Below are positions 28,414 through 38,300 of a stretch of 64,000 nt of DNA, piece after piece. Origin of the DNA: an uncultured Clostridia bacterium (GTDB lineage Bacteria; Acidobacteriota; Aminicenantia; UBA2199); assembly GCA_964422395.1 (NCBI GenBank), contig CAYRAO010000001.1, positions 73,530-137,529 of the forward strand. Reading direction: 5' to 3'. Every line of letters begins with the position of its first letter. Within the stretch, counting starts at the first letter, position 1. The notes under the pieces were generated by a model, which saw nothing but the letters and a program-made list of their open reading frames with translations, was not told the origin of the DNA and searched no databases. The position numbers and the translations under genes are program-made.

Positions 28414-29408
28414 TTCATCTTTTTTTCAATTAAAGCTATCTCAAAAATCAATACGATTATACCAAGTGCCAGAGGATAGTGGAACCTTTCAATCTTAATT
28501 GATCTCACTTTCTTATTAAGAACAGATCTCTCAAATGATTTCAAGTTACTTAACAATATGTCTATTTCCGATATATTGGTAAATTGGAAATAGTTCCCTC
28601 CTGTTTCTTTGGCAATAAATCTCAAAACCGTTTCGTTAAGTTTTGTCTTTACTATATTCCCAGAATTATCTTTTTTCCAACCCAATAATTTTCCACTTCC
28701 ATTTTTCAAAGGAATCGGGGCTCCGGACGAGATTCCGATTCCCACTGGAAAAACAATCAGTTTTTCAGATTTCATTTTCTTTAATATCTCTTTCCACCTT
28801 TCTTCCTGATCTTCTCCATCCGTTATAAGAAAAACAATCTTATTACCGTTAGAAGAAATTCGTCCGATTTTTAAAGCAAGGCTTAAAGCTTCATAAAAAT
28901 CAGTCCCCTGCTCTTCAGGAGGGCTGATTGATGCGGCATCCGTTAAAAGCCTCATCGAATCATAGTCAATTGTAAGAGGACATTGGACATGTGCAGTACC
29001 TGCAAAAGTAATAAGACTTACACTATCTGTTTTTATCTCTTCCATGATGTTTGAAATCAGTTCCTTTGCAACTATAAAACGATTGGGTTTAACATCCTCT
29101 GCATTCATTGAGAACGAAGTATCAAGAACAAAAATTATTTCAATCCCTTTAATATTCAAACTTTCAAACCTTTCACCCCATCTTGGACCTGCAAGAGCCG
29201 TTATAAAAAGTATTACGGAAATTATCAACAAAAAAGCTTTAATAAATGGAATTTCTCTACCACTCCTAAATCCCAGATCAACAAATGCCTCTTCGGATAT
29301 GAAATTTTTTAAAGTTTCTTTTTTTTTAAAATAATTTTTAACTATAATTAAAATTAAAGGAACTAAAATAATCATCAAATAAAAAGCATCCGGATTTGAA
29401 AAACTCAT
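28392..29408 (-). CDS. BatA-like von Willebrand factor A domain membrane protein
   Basis: Two N-terminal TMs followed by a VWA domain (IIFVLDTSFSM MIDAS-like). Confidence 0.7.
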   Translation of the reverse strand: MSFSNPDAFYLMIILVPLILIIVKNYFKKKETLKNFISEEAFVDLGFRSGREIPFIKAFLLIISVILFITALAGPRWGERFESLNIKGIEIIFVLDTSFSMNAEDVKPNRFIVAKELISNIMEEIKTDSVSLITFAGTAHVQCPLTIDYDSMRLLTDAASISPPEEQGTDFYEALSLALKIGRISSNGNKIVFLITDGEDQEERWKEILKKMKSEKLIVFPVGIGISSGAPIPLKNGSGKLLGWKKDNSGNIVKTKLNETVLRFIAKETGGNYFQFTNISEIDILLSNLKSFERSVLNKKVRSIKIERFHYPLALGIIVLIFEIALIEKKMKWKRNRL

Positions 29409-29813
29409 TATTTCTCCATTTCAATTTTCCGTTAAAAACTCAAATTGAGATTATATCAAAAAACTTTTCTTTCTCATAACATTAGAAACAATGGAAATCG
29501 GTGTCACCACTTGGTTTCGGGATTTACTTCGATATATTGCATTTCTACGATATTCAAAAATGTGCATTTCAAATAAATGCTGATTAATAGAGGATGTAGA
29601 GGAATTATTGCATAACTTTTCCACAAATTTTTATTAAAATCTAAAAAAACCATTCAAACAAGAATTTCACATTCTTACATTGTTAACGGATATTTGAACC
29701 AAATTAATAAGGCAAATGGAATATAGTTGATCTGTTTTATTTGATTTTTATTGCTTAAACATATACAATTCTTTTAAATAAGGAGAGTTTGATATTACAA
29801 GGGAAAGGATAAT

Positions 29814-30377
29814 ATGAATTTTGTAAAAGGTGTTGCAATAAAAACTTTTACTCGTATAATTGAACAAGAACATAAAGAAGAAGGATTAAAGCTGTGGATG
29901 GATACACTTGCTGTTGATTCTCGTAAAATATTTTCCGAATCCATCTCAAACAAGCAATGGTACCCCTTAGAAGAAGCAATTATCGCTCCTACGGCAACTT
30001 ATTGCATGCTTTTTCACAACTTCGATTTTCACGGAGCTTGGATTATGGGAAGGCATAGTGCTGAATACGGATTAAAAGGTATTTATAAATTTTTTATCAG
30101 AATGGGATCGGCGGAATTTTTGGTAAAAAAGGCAGGTGAAATATTACCGTCTTATTATAAACAGGGAGATATTGCGATTGTAGAGTTAAAAAGAACCATG
30201 ACCGTGATGGAGATAACTAATTTCCCGAATATTAACAAAATAATTGAATTCAGGATATGCGGATGGATGGAGAGAGCTTTGGAGATCTGCGGAGTTTCAA
30301 ATGTGAAAGTGGAATTGATTAACAGTATTGAAAAAACCATGTCAATTACAAGAATTCAAGCAAATTGGACACCTTGA
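29814..30377 (+). CDS. Hypothetical protein (187 aa)
   Basis: ORF with an AAGGAGAG-like RBS. No confident domain assignment. Confidence 0.4.
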   Translation: MNFVKGVAIKTFTRIIEQEHKEEGLKLWMDTLAVDSRKIFSESISNKQWYPLEEAIIAPTATYCMLFHNFDFHGAWIMGRHSAEYGLKGIYKFFIRMGSAEFLVKKAGEILPSYYKQGDIAIVELKRTMTVMEITNFPNINKIIEFRICGWMERALEICGVSNVKVELINSIEKTMSITRIQANWTP

Positions 30378-30409
30378 AACTGAATTGAATCATCTCGAAT
30401 GAATTTTTT

Positions 30410-30438
30410 TTGACAACACCCTAATTTGATGATAAAAT
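30410..30438 (+). promoter_or_regulatory. Sigma-70-type promoter for the rpmE-prfA-prmC operon
   Basis: TTGACA-N17-TAAAAT, followed by a GGAGGA RBS and the rpmE ATG at 30462. Confidence 0.4.
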
Positions 30439-30461
30439 TCCAAAACACTTCGGAGGAAATG

Positions 30462-30668
30462 ATGAAAAAAAAAATTCACCCTAAATATGAGGAATGCCAA
30501 GTCACTTGTGCATGTGGAAATTCCTTTAAAACAAGGGCTACTCAAGCTACAGTTGATATAGAAATTTGTTCTTCGTGCCATCCCTATTATACAGGTCAGC
30601 AAAAATATGTTGATACTGAAGGTAGAATAGAAAAGTTCAAAAAGAAATATGGATATAAAGAACAGTGA
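30462..30668 (+). CDS. rpmE: 50S ribosomal protein L31 (zinc-ribbon type)
   Basis: MKKKIHPKYEE...CxxC...CSSCHPYYTG. The start was set at the ATG with a GGAGGA RBS. Confidence 0.9.
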   Translation: MKKKIHPKYEECQVTCACGNSFKTRATQATVDIEICSSCHPYYTGQQKYVDTEGRIEKFKKKYGYKEQ

Positions 30669-31755
30669 TAAATTCTTTTCCTATTTAGAAGACCTTCATA
30701 ATAAATATACTGAGTTAAGCCGGCATTTGTCGGATCCAAAGATATCAGAAAATAGGAAAAGATTTGCTTCTCTTTCTAAGGAACTTTCCAATCTCACACC
30801 TCTTGAAGAAAAGTATCAAAAATTTTCCCAATTAAAAAAACAACTTGATGAGTCAATAGAAATTTTAGACGATTCGGATGATCCTGAGATGAATGCTCTC
30901 GCTGAAGAAGATATTGAAAATCTCCGTGAAGAACTCACTATCCTTGAAAATGATATTAAAATCCTGATGGTTTCGGATATCAAAGAGGACAGCAGAAATG
31001 TTTTTCTTGAAATACGTGCGGGAGCCGGAGGAAACGAAGCTTCTCTGTTTGCATCTGATCTTTTAAGAATGTATTCAAGGATTTCGGAGCGTAAAGGATG
31101 GACCCACGAAATAATTTCTACAAATTATTCTGGAATTGGCGGTATTAAAGAGATAACTATGTACATAAGAGGAAAGAATGTTAACAAGTTTTTGAAATTT
31201 GAGAGTGGTGTGCATAGAGTTCAAAGAGTTCCCCAAACAGAATCAAGCGGAAGAATTCATACATCAACCGTGACAGTTGCAGTACTACCTGAAGTTGAAG
31301 ACGTTGAGATAGATATTAATCCGAAAGATATAAGAATTGATACCTATAGAGCTTCCGGAGCGGGAGGGCAACACGTTAACAAAACCGAATCGGCAATAAG
31401 AATCACACATTTTCCGACAGGAATAGTTGTTTCATGTCAAGATGAATCGTCACAGCACAAAAATAAAGATAAAGCCATGAAAGTCTTAAAATCCAGACTT
31501 TATGAATCTGAGATTGAAAAACAACAAAATGCGATTGCAAGTGATAGAAAATCTCAAATAGGAAAAGGGGACAGGTCTGAAAAGATAAGAACATACAATT
31601 TTCCTCAAAGTAGAGTTACAGATCACAGAATCAGTGGAAGAAATTTCGGTATCGAATCTACAATGGATGGCAATCTCGAAAGCCTAATCAAGGATTTGGA
31701 AGAAATCCACTCAAAGCAGTTACTCGAAGATAGATTTAAAGAAATAATTAATTAG
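30649..31755 (+). CDS. prfA: Peptide chain release factor 1
   Basis: GGQ motif (GGQHVNKTESAIRITH). PxT-type tripeptide region (PQT). It is followed by prmC. Confidence 0.9.
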   Translation: MDIKNSDKFFSYLEDLHNKYTELSRHLSDPKISENRKRFASLSKELSNLTPLEEKYQKFSQLKKQLDESIEILDDSDDPEMNALAEEDIENLREELTILENDIKILMVSDIKEDSRNVFLEIRAGAGGNEASLFASDLLRMYSRISERKGWTHEIISTNYSGIGGIKEITMYIRGKNVNKFLKFESGVHRVQRVPQTESSGRIHTSTVTVAVLPEVEDVEIDINPKDIRIDTYRASGAGGQHVNKTESAIRITHFPTGIVVSCQDESSQHKNKDKAMKVLKSRLYESEIEKQQNAIASDRKSQIGKGDRSEKIRTYNFPQSRVTDHRISGRNFGIESTMDGNLESLIKDLEEIHSKQLLEDRFKEIIN

Positions 31756-32573
31756 TGAAAATTCGTGAAATATACGATAATGCGTTAAAAAACTTCAATA
31801 TATACCAGCCAGATCTTTTGATCCTGTTATGTAATGCTTTCGGAATTTCAAAAGAGTATTTCTGGACTTATGGGAGATCAAAAGAAGCAGGGAAAGATGA
31901 ATCGGATTTATTCATTAATTACACCAAAAGATTAGTAAACAATGAGCCGATTCCTTATATAATCGGAAAAAAAGAATTTTATTCGGAATCTTTTTTTGTA
32001 AACAAAGACGTTCTAATCCCAAGACCGGAGACCGAATTGCTCGTTGATAAGTTGCTGGAAATTTCCGATAATTCAACCAATATACTTGATATAGGTACCG
32101 GAAGCGGGATTATTTCCATATTAGTTGCAAAAAAAAAAGGCTCCAATGTAATTTCAGTGGATTTGAATAAAAATGCTATTAAGGTTTTAAAAAAAAATAT
32201 TAAATACCATAAAGTCAAACATTTGGTTACACCCTTAAGATCCGACTTATTCCCCAAGGATAAAATGTTATTTGATATTATTGTCTCAAACCCCCCGTAC
32301 ATTTCAGAAAAAGATATGGTAAGTTTGGAATCTACAATTCTTGATTATGAACCGGAAATAGCTCTCCTCGGGGGAAAGTCCGGTTATGAAATAATAGAAA
32401 AGATAATAAAATTGTCTCCGACATATTTGAAAAAAAACGGAGTAATCATTCTTGAATTTGGATATGATCAAAAAGAAACAGTTAATAAAATGTTACAGAA
32501 GCACGGATATAAGAATATAAAATTTTTTAATGACCTCAACAAAATTCCAAGAATAGTAAAAGCAAATTTATAG
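31755..32573 (+). CDS. prmC: Release-factor glutamine N5-methyltransferase
   Basis: NPPY motif (VSNPPYI). SAM-binding DIGTGSG. GTG start overlapping the prfA stop (TAGTG). Confidence 0.85.
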   Translation: MKIREIYDNALKNFNIYQPDLLILLCNAFGISKEYFWTYGRSKEAGKDESDLFINYTKRLVNNEPIPYIIGKKEFYSESFFVNKDVLIPRPETELLVDKLLEISDNSTNILDIGTGSGIISILVAKKKGSNVISVDLNKNAIKVLKKNIKYHKVKHLVTPLRSDLFPKDKMLFDIIVSNPPYISEKDMVSLESTILDYEPEIALLGGKSGYEIIEKIIKLSPTYLKKNGVIILEFGYDQKETVNKMLQKHGYKNIKFFNDLNKIPRIVKANL

Positions 32574-32643
32574 AATTCATTAACAATTTCATGTAACATA
32601 AATATTCTTATTGTTTCCAGATATATGCAACCTATACATTGAT

Positions 32644-32674
32644 TTGACTTTTTATTTTCCATAAGCTATATAAT
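32644..32674 (+). promoter_or_regulatory. Sigma-70-like promoter upstream of the AGCS transporter gene
   Basis: TTGACT-N17-TATATA(AT), about 30 nt upstream of the 32706 start, which has an AAGGAAGG RBS. Confidence 0.3.
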
Positions 32675-32705
32675 CTCTTTATTAATCTCATAAGGAAGGC
32701 AACAA

Positions 32706-34100
32706 ATGGATTCATTTTTAAACTGGTTGGATAGTATTTTTGTAGCATACAATGAGTATATCGGGGGATATCTTCTTATTGCACTATTGATCCCTATAGG
32801 AGTATTCTTTACCGTTAAATTTAAATTCCTTCACATAACAAAACTTTGGCACTCATTTAAGGTAATAGCGGGGAAATATGATAAAAAGGGTGATGAGGGG
32901 GATATTAATCACTTCAAAGCCCTTACAACAGCACTCTCTGCAACGGTGGGGACAGGGAACATTGTCGGTGTCTCTTTAGCTATTTATGTTGGAGGTCCCG
33001 GGGCGGTTTTCTGGATGTGGATAACAGGATTTCTCGGAATGATGCTTAAATTCGTCGAAAGTACACTCTCATTGAAATACCGCAAAGTAAATGATGACGG
33101 ATCTGTTTCCGGAGGACCCATGTACTATATGGAACACGGTCTAAGAGACAAACTCGGTTCATACTCAAAACTGCTTGCAATTGTATTTGCCGGAGCCACA
33201 CTTTTATGTTCAATGGGAACCGGAAATATGGCACAATCGAACTCAATATCCGATATCCTTAACAACAACTACAATATACCTACATACATTTCAGGAATTA
33301 TTATTACGGCATTTGTTCTTCTCGTTATAATCGGAGGGATAAAAAGAATTGCCGAAGTAACATCAAAACTGGTCCCGTTTATGGCGGTTCTCTACTTTTT
33401 AAGTGCTTTAATAGTACTAATTGTTTTCTACAAAGAGATTCCCCAAGCATTTAAACTTATTTTCACTGATGCTTTTACCGGTACTGCCGCAAAAGGTGGA
33501 TTTATCGGAGCCGTTTTTATAATAACAATCAGGCAAGGTGTTGCCAGAGGATTATTTTCAAATGAAGGTGGTCAAGGTTCGGCTGCAATTGCTCATGCCG
33601 CCGCTAAAACAAAGTATCCTGTAAGAGAAGGATTGGTCGCTTCCGTAGGACCGTTAGTCGATACAATTGTTATATGTACGCTAACTGCACTTGTTATAAT
33701 AGTTTCTGGAGCCTGGACAAGCGGAGTAAAAGGGGTTGGAATGACTGTTATAGGATTTTCCAACGGATTTGACATTATCGGTATCGGACATCTTGCAAAA
33801 CACGTTGTCGCTTCCGGCTTACTACTATTTGCATTTTCAACAATAATTTCGTGGTCATATTACGGATCAAGGGCTTCCGAATATCTGTTCGGTCCAAAGT
33901 CCATTAAACCATATAGATTTGTGTATGGTTTTTTTGTTTTCCTCGGGTCTGTTTGGGGACTTGATCTCGTTTGGCATTTTGTCGATATGGTAATAACTTT
34001 TATGACAATACCGAATTTAATAGCAATCTTACTGCTGACTCCGGTCGTAAAAAAAGAGGTTACAAATTATTTTACTTATATGAAATCGGTTTCCGATTAA
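32706..34100 (+). CDS. Alanine/glycine:cation symporter (AGCS family)
   Basis: N-terminal pattern ...LTTALSATVGTGNIVGVSLAI... is typical of AGCS. About 11 TM segments. Confidence 0.85.
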   Translation: MDSFLNWLDSIFVAYNEYIGGYLLIALLIPIGVFFTVKFKFLHITKLWHSFKVIAGKYDKKGDEGDINHFKALTTALSATVGTGNIVGVSLAIYVGGPGAVFWMWITGFLGMMLKFVESTLSLKYRKVNDDGSVSGGPMYYMEHGLRDKLGSYSKLLAIVFAGATLLCSMGTGNMAQSNSISDILNNNYNIPTYISGIIITAFVLLVIIGGIKRIAEVTSKLVPFMAVLYFLSALIVLIVFYKEIPQAFKLIFTDAFTGTAAKGGFIGAVFIITIRQGVARGLFSNEGGQGSAAIAHAAAKTKYPVREGLVASVGPLVDTIVICTLTALVIIVSGAWTSGVKGVGMTVIGFSNGFDIIGIGHLAKHVVASGLLLFAFSTIISWSYYGSRASEYLFGPKSIKPYRFVYGFFVFLGSVWGLDLVWHFVDMVITFMTIPNLIAILLLTPVVKKEVTNYFTYMKSVSD

Positions 34101-34102
34101 CT

Positions 34103-35206
34103 TTACATCGAAAGAATTTTTTTCAATTTTTCAACAAAATAATTATTGTCTTCCTCAAAACCTACAGTTACACGCATTGCATCAGGTACTCCGAATCCGC
34201 CTAAAGATCTGACTATTAAGCCCTCCTTTAACAGTTTCTCATTAAGAATATTCACATCTCTTTTAGGAAAGAACATCAGGAAATTTGTTTCGGAAGGAAC
34301 CACATCTATTCCAAGTTCTTGAAGTTGTAGAAGTAGAAACTCCCTGTTTTTAATATTCAGATCATAAGACCTGTCTTTGAATTCATCCGAACGGAGAGAT
34401 TCAAGAGCTGCATTTTGAGATATCCGAGTAACATTGAAAGGAGCCTTTACTCTACCTAACATTGAAATAGTCTCGGGATGACCGAATGCATATCCGATCC
34501 TTAACCCCGCAAGACCGTAAATTTTTGAGAACGTTCTCAATATAATTACATTCTTTTTCTTATTAACATACTCAATACCTGTCATATAATTTTTTTTATC
34601 GGAAACATATTCTTCATAGGCATTATCAAGAACTATAAAAATATTATCCGGTACACTTTCGATAAATTCGGCTATTTCACTTTTGGGAAGTAGTGTCCCT
34701 GTCGGATTATTAGGGTTGGTTAAAAAAATAACTTTGGTGGAATCATCTATCTTATCCTTAATATTATTCAAACTAAATCTGAAATTTTCATCCATCTTAG
34801 CTTCACAAAATGATGAATACCCATGTTTTTCAATTGTAGCAATCTTATACATAGGAAAAGTTTTTTCAGAAGTCAAAACTTTTTCTCCCGATTTAAGAAA
34901 AGCTAAAGTAATCATCCTTATTATCTCTACAGATCCGGCTCCGATAAGAATATTTTCAAAGTTAAGATCATTTTTATCTGCAATTGCCCTTCTAAGATAA
35001 AAGCTATCGGAATCCGGGTATGTAGAGATATTCCCCAACTCTCCCGAAATAGCACTTTTTACATTATCCGGAATTTGGAACGGATTCTCATTTGATGCAA
35101 GTTTAATTACTTTTTTCAAATTGTACTTTCTTTGTATTTCTTCAATAGGTTTCCCCGCCTTATACGGCATTAATTCAAGCAAATTATGATTGACAAGATT
35201 TTTCAT
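34103..35206 (-). CDS. hisC: Histidinol-phosphate aminotransferase
   Basis: LASNENP motif. PLP-Lys region FSKIYGLAGLRIGY. The start was set at the ATG with a GGAG RBS. Confidence 0.8.
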   Translation of the reverse strand: MKNLVNHNLLELMPYKAGKPIEEIQRKYNLKKVIKLASNENPFQIPDNVKSAISGELGNISTYPDSDSFYLRRAIADKNDLNFENILIGAGSVEIIRMITLAFLKSGEKVLTSEKTFPMYKIATIEKHGYSSFCEAKMDENFRFSLNNIKDKIDDSTKVIFLTNPNNPTGTLLPKSEIAEFIESVPDNIFIVLDNAYEEYVSDKKNYMTGIEYVNKKKNVIILRTFSKIYGLAGLRIGYAFGHPETISMLGRVKAPFNVTRISQNAALESLRSDEFKDRSYDLNIKNREFLLLQLQELGIDVVPSETNFLMFFPKRDVNILNEKLLKEGLIVRSLGGFGVPDAMRVTVGFEEDNNYFVEKLKKILSM

Positions 35207-35232
35207 TAAATCTCCTTTAAACAATTAATCAA

Positions 35233-35823
35233 CTATTTATTCTCAAATAAAGATGGCTGCTCTTTATCTTCAAAAAGTTCCGTTAACTCTTCGAGTGAAG
35301 GTAGTTCGGAAAGATCATTCAATCCGAAATATAGTAAAAATTCTTTTGTTGTTGAATAGAGAGCCGGAAGTCCCGGAACTCTCTTTCTTCCCGAAATTCT
35401 AATTAATTTTTTTTGCAAAAGACTTTTAACGGGACCCGTCGAATTAACATTCCTCAGATCGGATATCTCCGCAAGAGTAACAGGTTCCCGATAAGCTACA
35501 ATTGAAAGTGTCTCAAGAGAAGGGATCGTCAATTTCGAAGATCTTTTAATTGTAAAAAAATCATTCAACAATTCATGAAATTTTGACTTTGTTGATAAAT
35601 ACAATCCTCCCCCGCTTCTGTTAAGAGTTAATCCCCTTTCATCCTTTTTGTACCCTTCTTCCATACTATTAATTATCTCATCAAATTCGGATATGGAATT
35701 ACAATTAAGGAAACCGATCAATCTTTCAGGTTCAACAGGCTCTCCCGATACAAATAAAACAGATTCTATAAAAGCTATTTTTTTCTCTATTGTATCAAGC
35801 TTAAAACCGGATTCATCACTCAA
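35233..35823 (-). CDS. scpB: Segregation and condensation protein B
   Basis: IESVLFVSGEPV signature. Located adjacent to scpA. Confidence 0.85.
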   Translation of the reverse strand: MSDESGFKLDTIEKKIAFIESVLFVSGEPVEPERLIGFLNCNSISEFDEIINSMEEGYKKDERGLTLNRSGGGLYLSTKSKFHELLNDFFTIKRSSKLTIPSLETLSIVAYREPVTLAEISDLRNVNSTGPVKSLLQKKLIRISGRKRVPGLPALYSTTKEFLLYFGLNDLSELPSLEELTELFEDKEQPSLFENK

Positions 35824-36566
35824 TTAGTAAGCTCCTCTTTATCATACTTCCATATTGAGATTGTATCAAATATGGCTTTTTGAATTGCTATTATCTTTTT
35901 TCTCTTAACCATTTCAAGTATTGTGAAGAAACTTACAAGGATCTCTTCAAGCGAATCAAGAGATTCAGCATATTTATTAAAATTTATAAATCCGTCGGAA
36001 TTCAGTTTTGAAAGTATCCTTTCTCTCATTTTATCAATGGAATAATTTTTCTTATCAAGGTAAAGTACATCTTTTCCATCTTCCCTACTGACAACATTTA
36101 AAAAAATTTCAGCAAGCTGAAATGAAGAAACTTCTTTTAGATCAAACTCCCGATTTTCAAAATTTTCCGTTATATCTTCCCGCTTCCATAGCATTATTTC
36201 CTTTTTTTCCATCTCCCGTAACAATTTTGAAATCTTCTGTATCTTGTCATACTCAATCAAAGTATTTATAAGCTTATCTTCAGGAGATTCTTCACCCTCT
36301 TTATCAATTCTCGGAAGAAGCGATCTCGATTTAATATAAATTAGTGTTGAAGCGGTCATTAGGAAATCACCCTCTCTGACAGGATTTATCCCAATCCCTT
36401 CATTAAGATATTTAAGATATTCGGATGTAATTTCGGCAATCCGAACATCCATGATATTCATCTTGTTCTTCCTTATAAGATGCAACAAAAGATCAAGGGG
36501 ACCATTATAAAATTCCGACTGAATACTGTAAACATCGGAACCGGGATTAAAATGCATTTCCCCCAT
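35820..36566 (-). CDS. scpA: Segregation and condensation protein A
   Basis: LLLHLIRKNKMNIMDVRIAEIT kleisin N-terminal signature. Confidence 0.85.
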   Translation of the reverse strand: MGEMHFNPGSDVYSIQSEFYNGPLDLLLHLIRKNKMNIMDVRIAEITSEYLKYLNEGIGINPVREGDFLMTASTLIYIKSRSLLPRIDKEGEESPEDKLINTLIEYDKIQKISKLLREMEKKEIMLWKREDITENFENREFDLKEVSSFQLAEIFLNVVSREDGKDVLYLDKKNYSIDKMRERILSKLNSDGFINFNKYAESLDSLEEILVSFFTILEMVKRKKIIAIQKAIFDTISIWKYDKEELTN

Positions 36567-36567
36567 A

Positions 36568-37557
36568 TTATACCTTCATAAGTTCCTTAACTTTTCCGAT
36601 AGTTTCCGCAGCAACTATCCGGGCTTTCTTTGATCCCGTATCAAGTATTTCATTTATATCACTATCCCTATATTTCCCCCTTCGATCTCTAATGGGATCT
36701 AAGAATATATTAAGATTTTTTATAAGAATATTTTTACAATCAAGACATCCTATTGAAGCATTTGCACAATCATTTACTATGCTATCCTTTTCGTCTTCGG
36801 ATGAAAAAGATTTGTGAAGAGAGAAAACGGGACAATCTTCAGCAACCCCCGGATCCGTCCTCCTTTGCCTTCTCGTATCCGTCTTCATCGGTTTTATTTT
36901 CTCCTCTACCGATTCGGCGGAATCCGAGAGAAATATTGAATTATTATAACTTTTGCTCATCTTCCTTCCGTCAATTCCGAGGAGTTTTGGAACGGGGGTG
37001 AGAAATTCTTTAGGTTCAAAAAAAAAATCACCGTAAAGATTATTGAATCGCCGAACAATCTCCCGTGCAAGTTCAATATGAAAGACCTGATCTTCACCTA
37101 CCGGAACAATATTCCCTCGTACACTTATAATATCCATTGTTTGTAGCAGAGGATATCCGAGAAATCCTATGTTATTTATATCTTTATCCTTTAACTGCAT
37201 TTGTTGCTCTTTAAATGTCGGAACTCTTTCAAGCCATCCTAACGGTACAATCATGGAAAAAAGAAGATACATCTCGGCAATTTCTTTAACGGACGATTGT
37301 ACAAAGATCACACTCTTTTCCGGATCTATACCGACACTTAGCCAGTCAATTAATGTATATTTAATGTATGATTTAATATTTTCCGGATTTTGATAGTCGG
37401 TAGTCAACGCATGCCAATCAACTATGGAAAAATAACTTTTATATTTTTTCTGCAACTTAATCCAATTTTTGAGTGCCCCCTCCCAATGTCCGAGATGAAG
37501 CATTCCGGTAGGTCTCATACCGCTCATTACAACACTATCTTCCATTATTCTATCCAT
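36568..37557 (-). CDS. trpS: Tryptophan--tRNA ligase
   Basis: SGMRPTGMLHLGH (HIGH-class) and KMSKS motifs. Confidence 0.95.
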   Translation of the reverse strand: MDRIMEDSVVMSGMRPTGMLHLGHWEGALKNWIKLQKKYKSYFSIVDWHALTTDYQNPENIKSYIKYTLIDWLSVGIDPEKSVIFVQSSVKEIAEMYLLFSMIVPLGWLERVPTFKEQQMQLKDKDINNIGFLGYPLLQTMDIISVRGNIVPVGEDQVFHIELAREIVRRFNNLYGDFFFEPKEFLTPVPKLLGIDGRKMSKSYNNSIFLSDSAESVEEKIKPMKTDTRRQRRTDPGVAEDCPVFSLHKSFSSEDEKDSIVNDCANASIGCLDCKNILIKNLNIFLDPIRDRRGKYRDSDINEILDTGSKKARIVAAETIGKVKELMKV

Positions 37558-38200
37558 AAAATAAAATCCTCATTACAAAATTAATAATAGGACTTGCCAA
37601 ATAATCAAAAACTTTAAGATATATTACAGCCATAAGAATTATAAATCCGTAAGGCTCTATTTTTTTATAAGCATTCAAAGCTTCCCCTTCAAGTATTCCT
37701 TCAAGTATTTTACTCCCGTCCAAAGGAGGGATAGGGAGAAGATTAAATATTGCAAGAAAAATGTTTATTAGAATCAGATTCAAAAGAAGAATTGTAACAG
37801 CTTCTGCAATTCTTCCCGAAACGTAAATCGATCCTATAAATCCTGTATTTTTCAGAAGCAGAAAAAATACAATTCCTAAAATTGCCATAATAATATTTGA
37901 AACAGGTCCTGCGGCGGCAATAAAGATTCCGTCCTTTCTCGGATTTTTAAGATTTAAAGGATTTATCATAACCGGCTTTGCCCAACCGAAAACAGGTGCA
38001 CCGATTAATGCCAATATAATAGGAAATATTACTGTACCGATCGGATCAATATGTGCTATAGGGTTAAGAGTTATTCTACCTTGCAACCTTCCGGTCGGAT
38101 CTCCGAATCTTTCCGCCATCCAAGCATGAGCCGATTCATGAACCGATAGTGCCAGTAAAATAACCATAAATTGAATAGCTATGGTAAATACATTATTCAT
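37550..38200 (-). CDS. Site-2 protease family (M50) zinc metalloprotease
   Basis: HESAHAW motif (HExxH in a TM helix). A multi-TM protein of about 216 aa. Confidence 0.75.
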   Translation of the reverse strand: MNNVFTIAIQFMVILLALSVHESAHAWMAERFGDPTGRLQGRITLNPIAHIDPIGTVIFPIILALIGAPVFGWAKPVMINPLNLKNPRKDGIFIAAAGPVSNIIMAILGIVFFLLLKNTGFIGSIYVSGRIAEAVTILLLNLILINIFLAIFNLLPIPPLDGSKILEGILEGEALNAYKKIEPYGFIILMAVIYLKVFDYLASPIINFVMRILFYG

Positions 38201-38300
38201 TTATAAAAATTATCATAAATAACCCGATCAGTCAAATTAACATTAATAGATATCCGTGTTTGATTATTACCGCTTTTTTCGGAAATATTTGAACAAAATA

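Noticed and set aside
30649-30668. The 20-nt overlap of rpmE and prfA as a possible frameshift or annotation error.
   Set aside because: Both reading frames are intact and full length, and the RF1 N-terminus aligns sensibly with the canonical RF1 start. The overlap is plausible translational coupling.
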